DNA of 62,502 nucleotides, filler included, from Dugesia japonica (Eukaryota), in assembly GCA_001938525.1 (NCBI GenBank). It is 6 parts of 6 records of this genome, joined end to end, with 100 filler letters (N's around TTAATTAATTAA, not from the genome) between each part and the next. Parts side by side here need not be neighbours in the genome. Positions count along the whole stretch, not along the records: positions 1 to 11,027 come from MQRL01583221.1; positions 11,128 to 20,150 come from MQRL01340437.1; 4 more parts are not named here. One strand, written 5' to 3'. The notes under the pieces are model-generated. The model made no database searches and was not told the DNA's origin. It worked only from the letters and a program-made list of their open reading frames with translations. This document shows positions 1 to 12,353 of this stretch, piece by piece; the stretch's first letter is position 1; each line of letters begins with the position of its first letter. A program made the translations under genes and the position numbers.

Positions 1-2014
1 GGCCGCTGTTCCCCATACGAATCATTAAAAACACCAATATTAGATGGTTGTTAGTCAAAAAGAATGAACATGGTAATGAGAGGTGACNNNNNNNNNNNNN
101 NNNNNNNNNNNNNNNNNNNNNNNNNNNNNNNNNNNNNNNNNNNNNNNNTAGTAATGGCCATAACTCAAAATAATTGTCATAACAGAAATTGTGTGCAATA
201 GAAAATCATAGTAGTCTTATCAGTGACAATAAATAGTAGTGCCACTAACAAGGCCGATAACATAAATAAATAATTAAATTAGTAAAATTAAAATTTAATT
301 TAGTTTAAAAGTTGCACACGTTGTTGTCACTTGGCGACCTTTCTCCTTGACAACAGTGTGACATAATATATTAATTTGCCACCTGGGGTGTGCATCNNNN
401 NNNNNNNNNNNNNNNNNNNNNNNNNNNNNNNNNNNNNNNNNNNNNNNNNNNNNNNNNNNNNNNNNNNNNNNNNNNNNNATACTTTTCTTGTATCGTGAAT
501 TAATATGGTGGCAAACGAGTGATGTCTATTATTTAATGTCTATACACAACGGAGGTTGGAACTATATACTGATATTGGCAATTTAAAACTGGTGCCTTTC
601 AGAATTTCCCTGCTGCTGTCACATAGTGGATCTCTTTTTTTGATGGATTATAGCAGGATTTTATCAATTATCTGTGTGGAATTATTCTCGTGCATTTTCA
701 TCATATCAAGATTGTAACACGTTCGGAAACTAGTGGACAAACAACTTAACGGAACAGGGGATATTACTCACTGCGGTGTGTTATGTATTGAGAGGTTAGT
801 GAAACAATTTNNNTTTGATGTCACCGATAGAATAGTCGATTATTTTTAAATAAAAAGGTTTTGCTTTGAATTTATTTTTAATATACACTTATCACCATTA
901 TGTACATACTATCAATGATTTACAAAACATATTATTTATCCATCAATTTGATACCCTAATTTTTTCATGATTANNNNNNNNNNNNNNNNNNNNNNNNNNN
1001 NNNNNNNNNNNNNNNNNNNNNNNNNNNNNNNNNNNNNNNNNNNNNNNNNNNNNNNNNNNNNNNNNNNNNNNNNNNNNNNNNNNNNNNNNNNNNNNNNNNN
1101 NNNNNNNNNNNNNNNNNNNNNNNNNNNNNNNNNNNNNNNNNNNNNNNNNNNNNNNNNNNNNNNNNNNNNNNCCGAATTAACTTTTACTTTAACTGTTCAA
1201 AATAATTCGTTGGTTAATTTGCAATTCCGAAATAATAAATTACTGCGCGATAACTGATATAACCGTAACTTCTCGGTGATAAGAGACAAATTTGTGGTTA
1301 AACTTTTTCTGCTGCGTAACAATTAGAAATTTGTTGAGGGTTTTGATTGCGTTCTTGACTTGAATTAACTTGAAAAAAATAATGAATGTTTTCTGCTAAA
1401 ACCGAGGGTCCTTTTATAGGATTTTCTGATACACCCCGGCATCATTTTTATTGGCGGGTATTTTTGTTTTCGGATACCGGTGTCTTATTGGTGCTGGTCC
1501 CATGATTCCAAAATTTTTACAGAGTTTTAGAACTNNNNNNNNNNNNNNNNNNNNNNNNNNNNNNNNNNNNNNNNNNNNNNNNNNNNNNNNNNNNNNNNNN
1601 NNNNNNNNNNNNNNNNNNNNNNNNNNNNNNNNNNNNNNNNNNNNNNNNNNNNNNNNNNNNNNNNNNNNNNNNNNNNNNNNNNNNNCTCTTCTTGAATTTT
1701 CTTCACCGGATTCTCTCCGACTTTCCTGACCGGAATTATTTACCAAAAACAGATTTTACTTTAATTTTTTTGTTTAAATTAATTATTATTTTCTTGCATT
1801 CATTTCTTCATTGGATTTTTATTTTCTTTAATAATTTTAATAATTTTGTGATTTCTCTAATTAATCACATTGAGCTTGATCTTTTAAGTTTCTTGTTTAA
1901 TATTATTGATTGGTTTTTTCATTCTGGCTTCCTCCCTGGTTCTTTAATTTGGTACCGTTCATTTGTGACCCCTTTAACTTGGATTATCGTTCCTCGGGGT
2001 GTTTCGCCCCAACA
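1..2014 (-). mobile_element. 5' part of a giant-LTR-family element (relative of 14171-18573), cut by window start
   Basis: Minus strand begins TGTTGGGGCGAAACACCCC. About 1380-2014 is colinear with about 17850-18573 (shared ttttctgct.aaa, cagagttttagaact, atttgtg.ccc.tt.actt, gtttc.ccccaaca). Confidence 0.75.
1411..1495 (-). promoter_or_regulatory. LTR-type Pol II promoter (CCAAT boxes + TATAAAAG)
   Basis: Minus-strand TATAAAAG at 1411-1418 with two upstream CCAAT boxes. Same position as TATTTAAA/CCAAT in the 14171-18573 copy. Confidence 0.55.
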
Positions 2015-2189
2015 ATTGTGCGTCCCTAATATCTTCTTTTACGAAAGTTTCATCCGAATCCCTGCTGAGCCCCCGAAATTCTTGTTGGGGTTTTATCTAG
2101 GTGGGTTGATTTTTTCCATATAATTAAATCCATGGTGGTCGGCCTAGTAAAACCCCGCGGAGAATTTAATATGGTGTCCCCAAAAATCC

Positions 2190-2384
2190 AGATCTTCGGA
2201 ATGGAGCCGTAAAGAAGCAAAGGTCTCACATGAGCAAGAACGACTTTGGAAAGGTCAACTAGAGTCACTTGCGGAAATCATTTGGTACCTCTATGACCGT
2301 GAAAATAAACTGGTGGCGGACGTAATGGAGCTGCGGAACCCCATGCTACTCTAGCTCTTAATGGTAGACATGTCGACACAGACC
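2190..2384 (+). pseudogene. Giant-LTR cassette module B remnant
   Basis: Translates VSHEQERLWKGQLESLAEIIWYLYDRENKLVADVMELRNPMLL*LLMVDMSTQT. Homologous to 3152-3389, 9901-10236 and 14806-15126. Confidence 0.75.
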
Positions 2385-2434
2385 CCGCGTCCATAACTTG
2401 GTGTGATTCTCTTTTATATATAGAATAAAGTCTT

Positions 2435-3151
2435 TGTTGTACCTTTATGTATAGTATCGATTTGAAATGGTTGATTTATAATAATTGAATTGCATCTTAT
2501 CATTTGAATATAAATTTTATTCTTTTTATTTTAATTTTATATATATCAAATTTTATTATTTCTAATTTTATTTTTTAACTTAATGAATTTAATGATTTTT
2601 GCAATTCTATTTTCATGTGTATTAACAATTTCACAACGGAAAGAATAATAATAATCGGTAAGAACAGATTTATTGATTTTTGTAAACTGTTATAATAATT
2701 TTATGCAATTATCGAAAACTTTTATAAATATTTATTTTTAATTTGTAAATTTATTGGTAAACAATTACTCGAATTTTAGGTTTAGTGTGTAACGGCCGAA
2801 TGGCTGATTTAGTATAAATACGCTTATGAATTTTAGTTTTTCACCCACTTTTAAATCACAATAAAACCTAAGGTTTACAAAACCAACGCTTAGTGATAAA
2901 ATAATAACGTACCTGTCAAAGTTTTGTTAAAAAAATATAATTTTTTAAAGTAAATATATTATATTTTTACATAAGGTCGACACTATATAGTATATATATA
3001 AAAATATTCGTTATTTATAATAAAGATAATTTAAGGCTATATAAGGAAAAACATATAATTCTAATATACGATAATTGGATTATACTCTTCGTAAAATAAA
3101 TTCACGAAATTGTTGACGTAGGTTCGTAATAATCTTAAATCTATCCCAACA
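2435..3151 (+). mobile_element. Short solo-LTR family copy (5' boundary uncertain)
   Basis: Ends CCCAACA. Shares TAGTATAAATA, AATTTTAGT..CACCC, ACTATATAG and GTTGAC motifs with 3746-4598 and/or 30923-31753. TSD not convincing. Confidence 0.55.
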
Positions 3152-3389
3152 CCTCTATCGCCTCGAAAAAACGTAACTGGGAAGCTCAGATTGCTACAGA
3201 AAATGCCAAAAATAAATCCTATAAGAAAAGATGCTACGAATTACGTGAAGAGGCTTCTCTCACTCACACTCAAGAGTGCCCCTGGAAAGCTCAATTGGAG
3301 TCCTTCGCCGAGTTATTGTAGAATACGTCTTCAAATTAAAAGCTCGTGTATCCGTTAACCTTCTTGTAATAGACAAAGCAACCCAAACC
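3152..3389 (+). pseudogene. Giant-LTR cassette module B remnant
   Basis: LYRL/RNWEAQIATENAKNKSYKKRCYELR...THTQECPWKAQLESFAE...VIDKATQT, with frameshifts. Confidence 0.75.
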
Positions 3390-3506
3390 AAACATTTACG
3401 GTGTCATAAACAGTGTAAATAAATTATTATATACTTGATTGTTTCGTTCTTTAATCTGAAGTCATATTCTTTTGCTTAACGCATTGACCAATCTTGTTAA
3501 TTTTAG

Positions 3507-4645
3507 TACATACAGAACGATTAACTAGAAATTTAAATAAGTTCTATCGGTTGTTACGAGAACTCCGGCTAGAACGGCGGTATTATAAACAGCGGGAACG
3601 CATGTTGCTTCGTCACATCGAGATGAAGAACAAATTCATAAAACAATTTGATACCACTTATAAGAAACAGTCAAATCGTCTTTTAAGTAAGGTGCATTTT
3701 CTTACGCAATACATTTCCGATTTGCCAGCACGTTGCTGACAATAATGTTGTGGAAAGCAGACATTAAAATATAACAACATTAGCAGACATCAACATTAGC
3801 AGACATTAAAACATTAAAACATAACATTAAAAAGCAGAGCTTTTAAATATAACAACCACACACATATACAAAGACAAACACAAGCAATGAAAGCAAGCCA
3901 GAAACCGAATAATCAGCAGAGTGATCAATACAATCAATTCAACCATGCAGAACAATCAATCCAAGCAATTCAAAATACTTTGCATTTATCTGAATATCTT
4001 TTGTATTTATATTTGACATATTCTGTTGAACTTTACAAACTTTCATTTTATTTATTTGACATTATATTTTGTTATAAATTCTCAATTTATTTGAACTTTG
4101 TAAAATTTTAATATATTGGACTTTATGAATTTATATAATTATTAGATTTTACACTAAACAATTAATTGGATTTATTAAAATTATGAAATTTTTATTTATT
4201 TTAAAAGGATGTTTTTATTTATTTAATGTAATATTTTGATATTTCGCATGCATGATTAGACTGACTAAATAGTATAAATAGTCACCACAATTTTATTTTT
4301 TTACACCCCTTTTTTTTAATTATCAGAGAAGACTAATATCTTTTGATAACAGACTCGGAGAAAAATTAATTACTTGTAACGAACAGTATTTNNNNNNNNN
4401 NNNNNNNNNNNNNNNNNNNNNNNNNNNNNNNNNNNNNNNNNACTATATAGCCTATTTATATTTATATCATTCTATATATTAAACATATTAAGTCAAGATC
4501 ATTACATATATATTAATTGGATTTCATTTAAAAGTTTAAACAGAGCTCACGTAAAAATCGTTGATTTGCCTTTGTGAAATCCTAAAGACATCTCAAAAAT
4601 GAGGCAAAATTTAATTTTACGGAGGAAACACTGACAAATTTATAA
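3507..4645 (+). pseudogene. Giant-LTR cassette module C, split by a solo LTR
   Basis: ORF 3494-3739 (LLRHIEMKNKFIKQFD...FLTQYISDL) matches 14417-14800. The C-terminal EAKFNFTEE resumes at 4599 after the insertion. ttttag acceptor at 3506. Confidence 0.75.
3746..4598 (+). mobile_element. Short solo LTR inserted in module C
   Basis: Starts TGTTG and ends TCTCAAAA (CA mutated). Flanks ATAA/ATGA (decayed 4-bp TSD). Removing it rejoins the two halves of module C. Motifs shared with 30923-31753. Confidence 0.75.
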
Positions 4646-4864
4646 CCAATTAAATACAATGAGAATGCACAAGGGCGACATTGAAATGTAGAGCAGATGC
4701 AAATTACTGATTGACTAATTCAGAAAATTTAACTGCAATTTGATTCGCGGTTCAAGAACAAATATTTTAAAAACATTTCATCAATCAAATGCAGAAATAT
4801 TATTGGTTAACCAATCTAAACGCAGATAGTTTTAGTAACAAAGTTTAGATGAAATTAAATTAAT

Positions 4865-5868
4865 GGTAACCGGACAAAATGGTATTGGGCAAAATGGTAC
4901 GGACAAAATAGTATGAGAACAAAATTATAAGGATAAAATAGAGCATTCGAGCATGACAAAACAAATGGAAAAGATCATTTTTACATCATTGTAGTCTCAG
5001 TTGTAATAAATAAAAATACTAAAAAGATCATTACGCAAATGAAGCCAATATAAGTGAGTCATGCATGACGAAACAGATGAAAAATAAAGTTTATGTTAGT
5101 AATAGTAACTGGCTGCATGCTTCATTTTGGTCATTGCGTTTGGAAGAACGTGTAATCAGAAGGCTTCTTAGAATGTCATCGTGGTGAAACAGATTTCTGA
5201 TTTCTTGTCAAGCGTCTTACTTTAGCATCTATTCCATCCAATGACGTAATGTCTTTGAAATTCTCACTGCATATTCAGCATAAAGAGAAATCGAAGTAAT
5301 CTGTGATTATATAGAGAACAACTTCATCAGAAGACAAAGACGTCTATCGAGATTTTCGATTCAACTGTGGAATCAATATTCTAGAGTTATTGATAACATG
5401 NCCCGCAGCAACAATGCACTCGAGGGTTGGCATAATGCCTTCAACAACTTTCTTGGTTGGGCACATTCTTCCAATATTAATATGTCCAGAAAACTACAAC
5501 ACTCAACTAAATTGTAGACAACTGTAACTGAGAATAGCTTTCGGAAGGAAGAAAATCTAAGTTCGTATAAACGAAGCACTTCACAGTATGGTATCAGATT
5601 AAAAACCCGTGATCATATTATATATTTCGGAAAAATTTCACAAGTAATGTTTTGTGATGTGACGGCTACGAAACTGCACAAACTTTTCGCTTTATGATAA
5701 TCGATATTTTAAATGTTTAACAGTTTTGTTTACTAATTGTTTCCACCCTAATTAAAACTTTAAAAAGCACAATAAACTATATTATTTAAAATCGCATATA
5801 TGCACTATTTCTTGTTATAAAATAAATTAAATATATATATTTCTTCAATATCATTTTGTCCTAGAACC
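4865..5868 (+). mobile_element. MULE (Mutator-like) DNA transposon, internally deleted
   Basis: TIRs GGTAACCGGACAAAATGGTA / revcomp GGTTCTAGGACAAAATGATA. Flanks AAATTAAT/AAATTGAT. Transposase motifs GCMLHFGHCVW (~5111) and RSNNALEGWHNAFN (~5404). Confidence 0.85.
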
Positions 5869-6455
5869 AAATTGATGTGTTGAAAATATTAATAAATGAT
5901 TAGTTGACAAAAATATAATTTTCAACAATTAGTCAAAAGCGTGAGTAGAATAAATTAACCAATCAGAAGCAATGGTGAGGAAAATGGTGTAGAAAATTGG
6001 TATAAAAGCAATTGCAAATTTCATTTGTAAGCAAATTTTTTTAGTAGTGAAAATTTTGAGAACCAACCAAATCACCATGAGTAAGTGGAAATATTATTGA
6101 ACTGGAGATGTTATGCGCCGATGTATTGCGATTGCTGAACTGTTAGTAATATGATTCTCCCATTCCAAGTAGATATGCACAATGCATGTTTGTAGGCAAG
6201 TAAGTTTCACTGATTTCTATTTAGAATATTTTCATTCAGAATATNNNNNNNNNNNNNNNNNNNNNNNNNNNNNNNNNNNNNNNNNNNNNNNNNNNNTATT
6301 TTGTAACAGAATTGATTAAAAATTATTTATTTTTAATGTCGTTAATTAGTTTTACTGATTTATTAGTTGATTAGTAATAGTTAATTAAAAATTTTAATGA
6401 TAAGTTTGACTATGTGAGAGTGTTTGAGAATTAAGTGGTCATAATAAATACTAGA

Positions 6456-6480
6456 TATATATATATATATATATATATAT
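6456..6480. repeat. (AT)n microsatellite
   Basis: Direct inspection. Confidence 0.9.
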
Positions 6481-8544
6481 GCCTATGGTTTTCCTGTAAA
6501 ATTTCTGGATATATTGATAGTCGATCAACAATCAGAGTAAAATTCAAGAAATTACAGACAGTGTTGGGTCCATTGAAGCAATTTAATTTAATTTACTAGT
6601 CTAGGATAAAAGAAACTAGTGGAGACCTCTCTTTCTATGTGTTTTGGTTTGTATTCGTTATGATATTAACTTTTGAAAGCGGAATAACTTAGTCTAACAA
6701 CATTATGTTTTCTTACCATTACATAAGTTCACCATTATAAATAAGGTACTTTTAAAAGGTATCGAGTTCTAAAGATTATATAAATATACTATAGATTATA
6801 TAATAATAGACAATAGTCCGCTTGATTACATTCTTCTGCTTCCAATATATTAACCTCTTCTCGTTGCGTTGTGTTTTAGTATGATATACAATATAAAATA
6901 ACAAGAACTCTACTTTGGTATGCAGTCTGAAAACGTACACAGCAGGTATTGAACGGGGTCTTCAACTTCCTGCAGATGGTGCTATTCCCAGTTAAGTCCC
7001 CCATTTAATCTAATTGCTCTCTGACAATTGACCGTTCAGTAAAATACTGATCTACTGAAGTCGAGTTTGATTATTATTAATATTGAATTAGGCTATCCGG
7101 AAAGTTCTTTCGGTTTTTTACGATGCAATAGAAAGAATCATTAAACACACAGAAAATCTTGGTTCTAAAACATATTAGCTATTATTATCGACAATTTGTT
7201 ACCATCACTCTACCAATATCATGATTCTCTTTTCAAAAATTTTCAGATTTTGTTAAGTAAAATATGGTTCCATGTACGTTTTAATACTGCCATCTGAGGT
7301 AAACCTTTCGCGGCCAAAGAGGTTTGCAAAAACTGAAACAAAGTATTGTGGTGGTGCCATATCAATGTAGATGTGGCAGATAATCCTTGCCAGGTTCCAG
7401 TAATTTTTGTCAAGTCTTCAAAGATGTGTAAGGTTTTGCGTTGTCGTATTGGAAAAAAACACCTCCACAATTTACTAATTTTTGGAATTTCTGCTGAACA
7501 GGAATTTCGCCATAATAGAATTAGACAACGAAGTGAGATAGGAGTAGAAAAGATTAGTTGTTTGAAATGCAATTTGTTTTGTAAACCAAAGAGAATGTGA
7601 TGTTAAACAAGTTGAAAGGCTATATCAGTCGGAATCGTAGACAAAATCACCTGAAACGAGGTTTTCGATATGAGAATGGTGAAAAAATTAAAAGACTAGA
7701 AAAATGAACAAGAAACAGGAAAATAATAACTTAAGCTCGATAAAAATGAATAACAGACAAGGAGACGATACCATGAGAAATTCAGAGCTGTGCAAAATTA
7801 GATATGAAGAATTGAATATGACAGTTGACGGGTTAGATCAAGATATAGATGAACGAAAATATGAATATATAATAGTGAAAAGTGGTCTCCAATTATACAG
7901 GAACTAGTTGTAGCCGAATATTATTTATTTATTTTATACGAATGATATTGTCCTGTCCCATACTGAAGAAGAACTCACTTTAATTTATTTAATACTTCTG
8001 ACAACACAGGTGGCACAATAACGAATAAGACGCACTTCTAGAACGTATACCCCAAGATATGTGGCAGCAACCAGCTTTCTCCAAATGACCGAGCGACCCA
8101 ACGCCAAACTGCTAAACTGAAAAAACAGGCTGGAAACTCTTGCGAAGGTGGAATCCGCGATGTAGAGGCTCGTACCGTTTCTTGATACTGATGAGAATGA
8201 ATTTTAACCTGAAACGAACATTAGATGACCTAATCAATGACTTCATTCTGTTATCCTATTCTTGCTCTATTAACGAGGTTATAATATATGAAGCCGTTTA
8301 ACAAACGTTCAACTAAGTTGATTCAAAGTAAGCCTTTTCATCTTTATGTTGGTCTATCTAAATTGCTTAGATGACAAACTTTAGATGACGAACAAAGGCA
8401 TGTAGCGATTTTTACCATACGCAGTCTGAAGTCATCTAGAGCCACGATGACTCCATTATAATTAGCAGAGATAACTTTTATAAGTAGTTATAAATTTTTA
8501 TAATTAGGTGTTTGTTCAATTTTTCCTCATACTGATATTTTAAA

Positions 8545-8559
8545 TAATAATAATGATAT

Positions 8560-8618
<59 letters not shown>

Positions 8619-8724
8619 GTTTAATTAAAATAATTTAAATTTTAAATATNNNNNNNNNNNNNNNNNNNNNNNNNNNNNNNNNNNNNNNNNNNNNNNNNNA
8701 TTATTATTATTATTATTATTATTA

Positions 8725-8772
<48 letters not shown>

Positions 8773-8785
8773 GTTATTATTATTA
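8545..8785. repeat. (AAT)n and (ATT)n tracts either side of an N gap
   Basis: Direct inspection. The strand switch across the gap may be an assembly orientation artefact. Confidence 0.9.
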
Positions 8786-9482
8786 ATGTTACGATTTTTC
8801 TTGGTGTTGCTAGTCTATTTATTTCCAATATTATCATCATTAACATAATTAGTATTTAATCTTAATAACAACATTACGTTTAAAATCGATGCCAGTGTCG
8901 TTATTCCTGGTCAGTATTATTAATACCCATATGATGATTACTTGTCTTATTATCGCCATTATTCTTATTAATCCGATTATTGGGACGTTAAAATGATCCT
9001 TATTAATCCCTAGTCTTCATTCCGATTAATATCCTACCATGATCATTGCCTAGCTTAACAAACTTATTGCCATATTTTATTTTAGTATGACCTCTTCTTA
9101 ATTTATTTCTAGTGAACCCAAACACCAATTCAACATGGAAGTTATATCCGTTGGATGACGGCCTTAAGAAGAAAAAACCTATAATGAATCCGCACAACTT
9201 GTGCTTTGGCATTCTGACCGATAACTCAGATATGCCCCAGCTGAAAAAAGAGCCACGCAGGTCAACGATAAGTAAAAACTGGACTTCAGCCGAGGCTGGC
9301 ATTCGGGTTATACGATTTTTTCGGGCTCCTGTAGTCTCCCCAAACATGGTTTACTGAGGACTTAGAAGCTATACACTTTAATAGACTTGCTGTTAAATGT
9401 CCTATTAATATGATCTAAATAGAATACATGTTTTTGATCTTATTATTATTGCATTTCATTCTACCACTCATGTTCTAATCTT

Positions 9483-9761
9483 TTGTTTTTAAAAGTGTCG
9501 CAATATGGATGGCGCATTTACAACGACATCACTGGTCACACCATTTTCCGTAGGATCGATAATCCCTATGTGCGAGATGCTGGCATCTTCGTTGACCGCT
9601 CTAACATGCCATCAATAAACGAGGAACTACAACGTCGTGCAGATGAGGTCGAACGCTGGCTTTATCAACACTGGCCGGCAAGAGGAACACGGGTGGTTAC
9701 AGTTCAGTCGTCACCAGCTTCCCCTACTTCTTCAACTAACGTAAACGTCGAGAATTATTAG
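9483..9761 (+). CDS. Giant-LTR cassette module A (unknown function)
   Basis: GWRIYNDITGHTIFRRIDNPYVRDAGIFVDRSNM...ERWLYQHW aligns with WEVLWDRRMERTIFKKYKNPHERNAGVLVDYSNL...ERQAFYQW at 15338-15748. T-rich AG acceptor at about 9495. Confidence 0.7.
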   Translation: MFLKVSQYGWRIYNDITGHTIFRRIDNPYVRDAGIFVDRSNMPSINEELQRRADEVERWLYQHWPARGTRVVTVQSSPASPTSSTNVNVENY

Positions 9762-9900
9762 TTCAATGCTTTAGCTAATACAGTATTTAGGACTTAAGTC
9801 TACTTTTATCTAATTCGTAAATCATAAATAACTGCTTAATTAAATCGATCTGATTAGTTTCACATTGCTGATTTTATTTCGTGAACTCATCCTGTTACAG

Positions 9901-10236
9901 GTTGGTAGCACCAATTAAAAATCTCCGCACAGAATGCGACGAGGAGGAAAGGACATGAGACCTCTATCGTTTGGCGAAGCGGAATTGGGAGGTTCACGTA
10001 GCAGCGGAAAAAGGCAAAAAATAAGATTTACATAAAAAGCTGAAGAGAATATAGGATTGAAGCTAAACTCTCCCACCCCCAAGAGAGGGTTTGGAAATCC
10101 CAACTAGAATCGTTCACGGAATCAATCCGATTGCCCCTCGAGAGAAAATAAATTGGTCAACGATATCTCGACTTGCCGAAAACGAATACCGCTTGAACCT
10201 TTGCTGGTCGATAAGACTACCCAGACCCGTAATTGA
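9901..10236 (+). pseudogene. Giant-LTR cassette module B
   Basis: ttacag acceptor, then T*DLYRLAKRNWEVHVAAEK...SHPQERVWKSQLESFTESIR...ENKLVNDI...RIPLEPLLVDKTTQT. Contains stops and frameshifts. Confidence 0.75.
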
Positions 10237-10344
10237 CAGTGTTTTAATTATATGACTTTAATATACTTGTCCTTGTAGTTCAAATTTCTGAATTCATAAA
10301 TTTCCTAGTATATTATTCCTATATTTAATTTTCACCTAATTTAG

Positions 10345-10676
10345 TGCATCGCATCCAGTGTCTACGGAGTCAAACGATGCCACAAGTTATTGTGTAGTGT
10401 CATAATCGAATAATTTTGTGCAAAAAAGTGCGAACGCACCCTCATTCGTCATATTCAGCAAAAAAACCAACTTATCAAGAAAATAGAGTTGGTGCCTAAG
10501 AAGCAGCTGGTTATCGCCAATCGGACCGTGAATAAGCTGCTTAACAAGTCAATCTTCAGACACAATACATAGCAAATCTAACGACCAGACCAAATCTTCT
10601 CCCCACTAGTCCGTGGCACAGCTACGATGACGAAGCTGCGTTCAATTTCACGGATAAAGTTCCAGTATCATTTTAA
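10345..10676 (+). pseudogene. Giant-LTR cassette module C
   Basis: tttag acceptor, then CHKLL...LIRHIQQKNQLIKKIE...TQYIANL...WHSYDDEAAFNF. Homologous to 14417-14800. Confidence 0.75.
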
Positions 10677-10793
10677 TTGAACCATATTTTCTGGTGTACG
10701 GTTAAATAAATCTTACATGTTGTCTCACTGATATTATCTCTTACGATCACGCTTGAATTCAGGGGATTTTGAACCCGAAATCAAAGGGATAAT

Positions 10794-10966
10794 CGTATAA
10801 TACGCAAGTCATAATAAATTAAAATTTTATTAAGGAAAAAATATTGACATAATACGCACAAGCGTATAATACGCAGATATAATTTGTTTAAATTTGCGTA
10901 ATTTAAAATTTATAATTTAATAATTTAAAGTTATCTAACACGTATTTTCTGGCATATAATACGCGA
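10794..10966. mobile_element. Possible pogo/Tc1-type MITE terminus fragment
   Basis: Four ATAATACGC motifs. CGTATTTTCTGGCATATAATACGC resembles TACCGTATTT-type termini (compare 61799). Confidence 0.35.
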
Positions 10967-11071
10967 TTAATACTTAAATAGATATTTATTTTGATGTTTT
11001 AGATAAAAATCATAATGATTAAGGAAANNNNNNNNNNNNNNNNNNNNNNNNNNNNNNNNNNNNNNNNNNNN

Positions 11072-11083
11072 TTAATTAATTAA
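11072..11083. other. Artificial scaffold linker TTAATTAATTAA (also at 20195, 29740, 39416, 53582)
   Basis: Each is centred in an exactly 100-bp N gap. Stop-codon linker. Confidence 0.95.
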
Positions 11084-11399
11084 NNNNNNNNNNNNNNNNN
11101 NNNNNNNNNNNNNNNNNNNNNNNNNNNATTGTTGTTTACACAAAGAGGTGTGAGGTGAACTGTCAATTATCTGAGCCGGTTACTGCGTAACCACCTACTT
11201 CGCTCGTCCTATCAACAATACTTTAAAAAACTCATAAAATTAATTTGTTATCTACACTTTATTTCACTTGTCTTCCTCCTTTTCTTTCTCTACTGGTCTC
11301 ATCTTAAAACTTTATTTTGTATATTACGAATAAAGTTGATAGGTTTTAGGTTCGTTTACGGTCGGAATTTGAGAAAAAGAAAGATATGGTCAATGATTT

Positions 11400-12200
11400 T
11401 AAAATTTCGATTAACTAAAGACGTGTTCATGTAAAAAGTAAAAAGAATTTAAGTAAAGATTATTTTCGAATTAAGAGTTTACAACGGAAAACATTATAGA
11501 AAAGATGCTCGTATTTTGTGAAGATAATAAAATGTTCGAAGAAGTGAATTGGTGGTAAACATATGAGCGGGAAAAAATACATTCTTGAAATTATTGGCCA
11601 GTTCAATAAATATCTAGCTCTTATCACATTGCCTAGGCAAGATAAGGAAATAATACGAAAAGCCATTTTGGTAAGTGAATATTGAGATTTAGAAGCTCAA
11701 GATAGATAGAACTAAATTTGGAAAACACTCCAATTACAGAGTTGTGAGAGAGTTTGCACAGAAGATAAATATTAAACTTTGCTTTTTAGTCCGTATCATC
11801 ACAGTGCAAACAGAAAAATTGAAACTCAGTTTACAATGATTTGAGATTTAAGTAATGAGGGATATCAAATTAGGCAGACATATTATTGAAAATAGAATTT
11901 ACGATGAACAGAAAACGACTGAAAAATAATTTGGAAAGAGAATCAGCAGAGACAAATGGCACTAATCGAATGTATTAGAAAAAATTAAAGAAAAAAATTC
12001 AGAAGTAACTATCAATAGAGAATGTAAAATAGAAGATTACGTCCTTATCAAGTTAGAAACATCAAATAAAAGCTGAGATCGATTTGAATGTTCTTATCTT
12101 ATAATTGAGAAAATTCACTAAAGTCTGTATATTGAACAAGGAAAAAATGGAAAGCGATTGTAGAGAAATGTAGATAAACTTATAGAATTAACTCACTCAA
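11400..12200 (+). pseudogene. Degenerate Gypsy integrase
   Basis: SPYHHSANRKIETQF (~11789, integrase SxYHPxxNGxxER motif). Decayed GPY-like FECSYLIIEK (~12083). Many stops. Confidence 0.65.
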
Positions 12201-12353
12201 TAAAACAAATAAATATTGTTGAGAATATTCTGTATATCTATAAGCCTAAAGTCTTTCTAGGAGTAACTTGATTCATAGTCTTCTATTTCATTTAATTACT
12301 TTATTCTATTCACTTACTCTATTCGATTCACTTATTCTTAATACACTCTATAC

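Noticed and set aside
967-1746. ORFs spanning N runs (also 37225-37422 and 38379-38893)
   Set aside because: They are open only because of ambiguous bases.
2083-2103. TGTTGGGGTT as the start of an element ending at 3151
   Set aside because: No matching TSD (TTCT vs CCTC). It may be a decayed W-D-L-Y codon run of module B or a terminus fragment, so the boundary was not called.
7243-7907. ORFs 7243-7572, 7346-7600 and 7704-7907
   Set aside because: No recognisable motif and no second copy in the window.
8175-8216. CTGATGA...GAAAC hammerhead-like motif
   Set aside because: No credible helix I or helix II can be formed.
11178-11192. GGTTAC-TGC-GTAACC hairpin as a Helitron 3' end
   Set aside because: No CTRR terminus at the expected distance and no other support.
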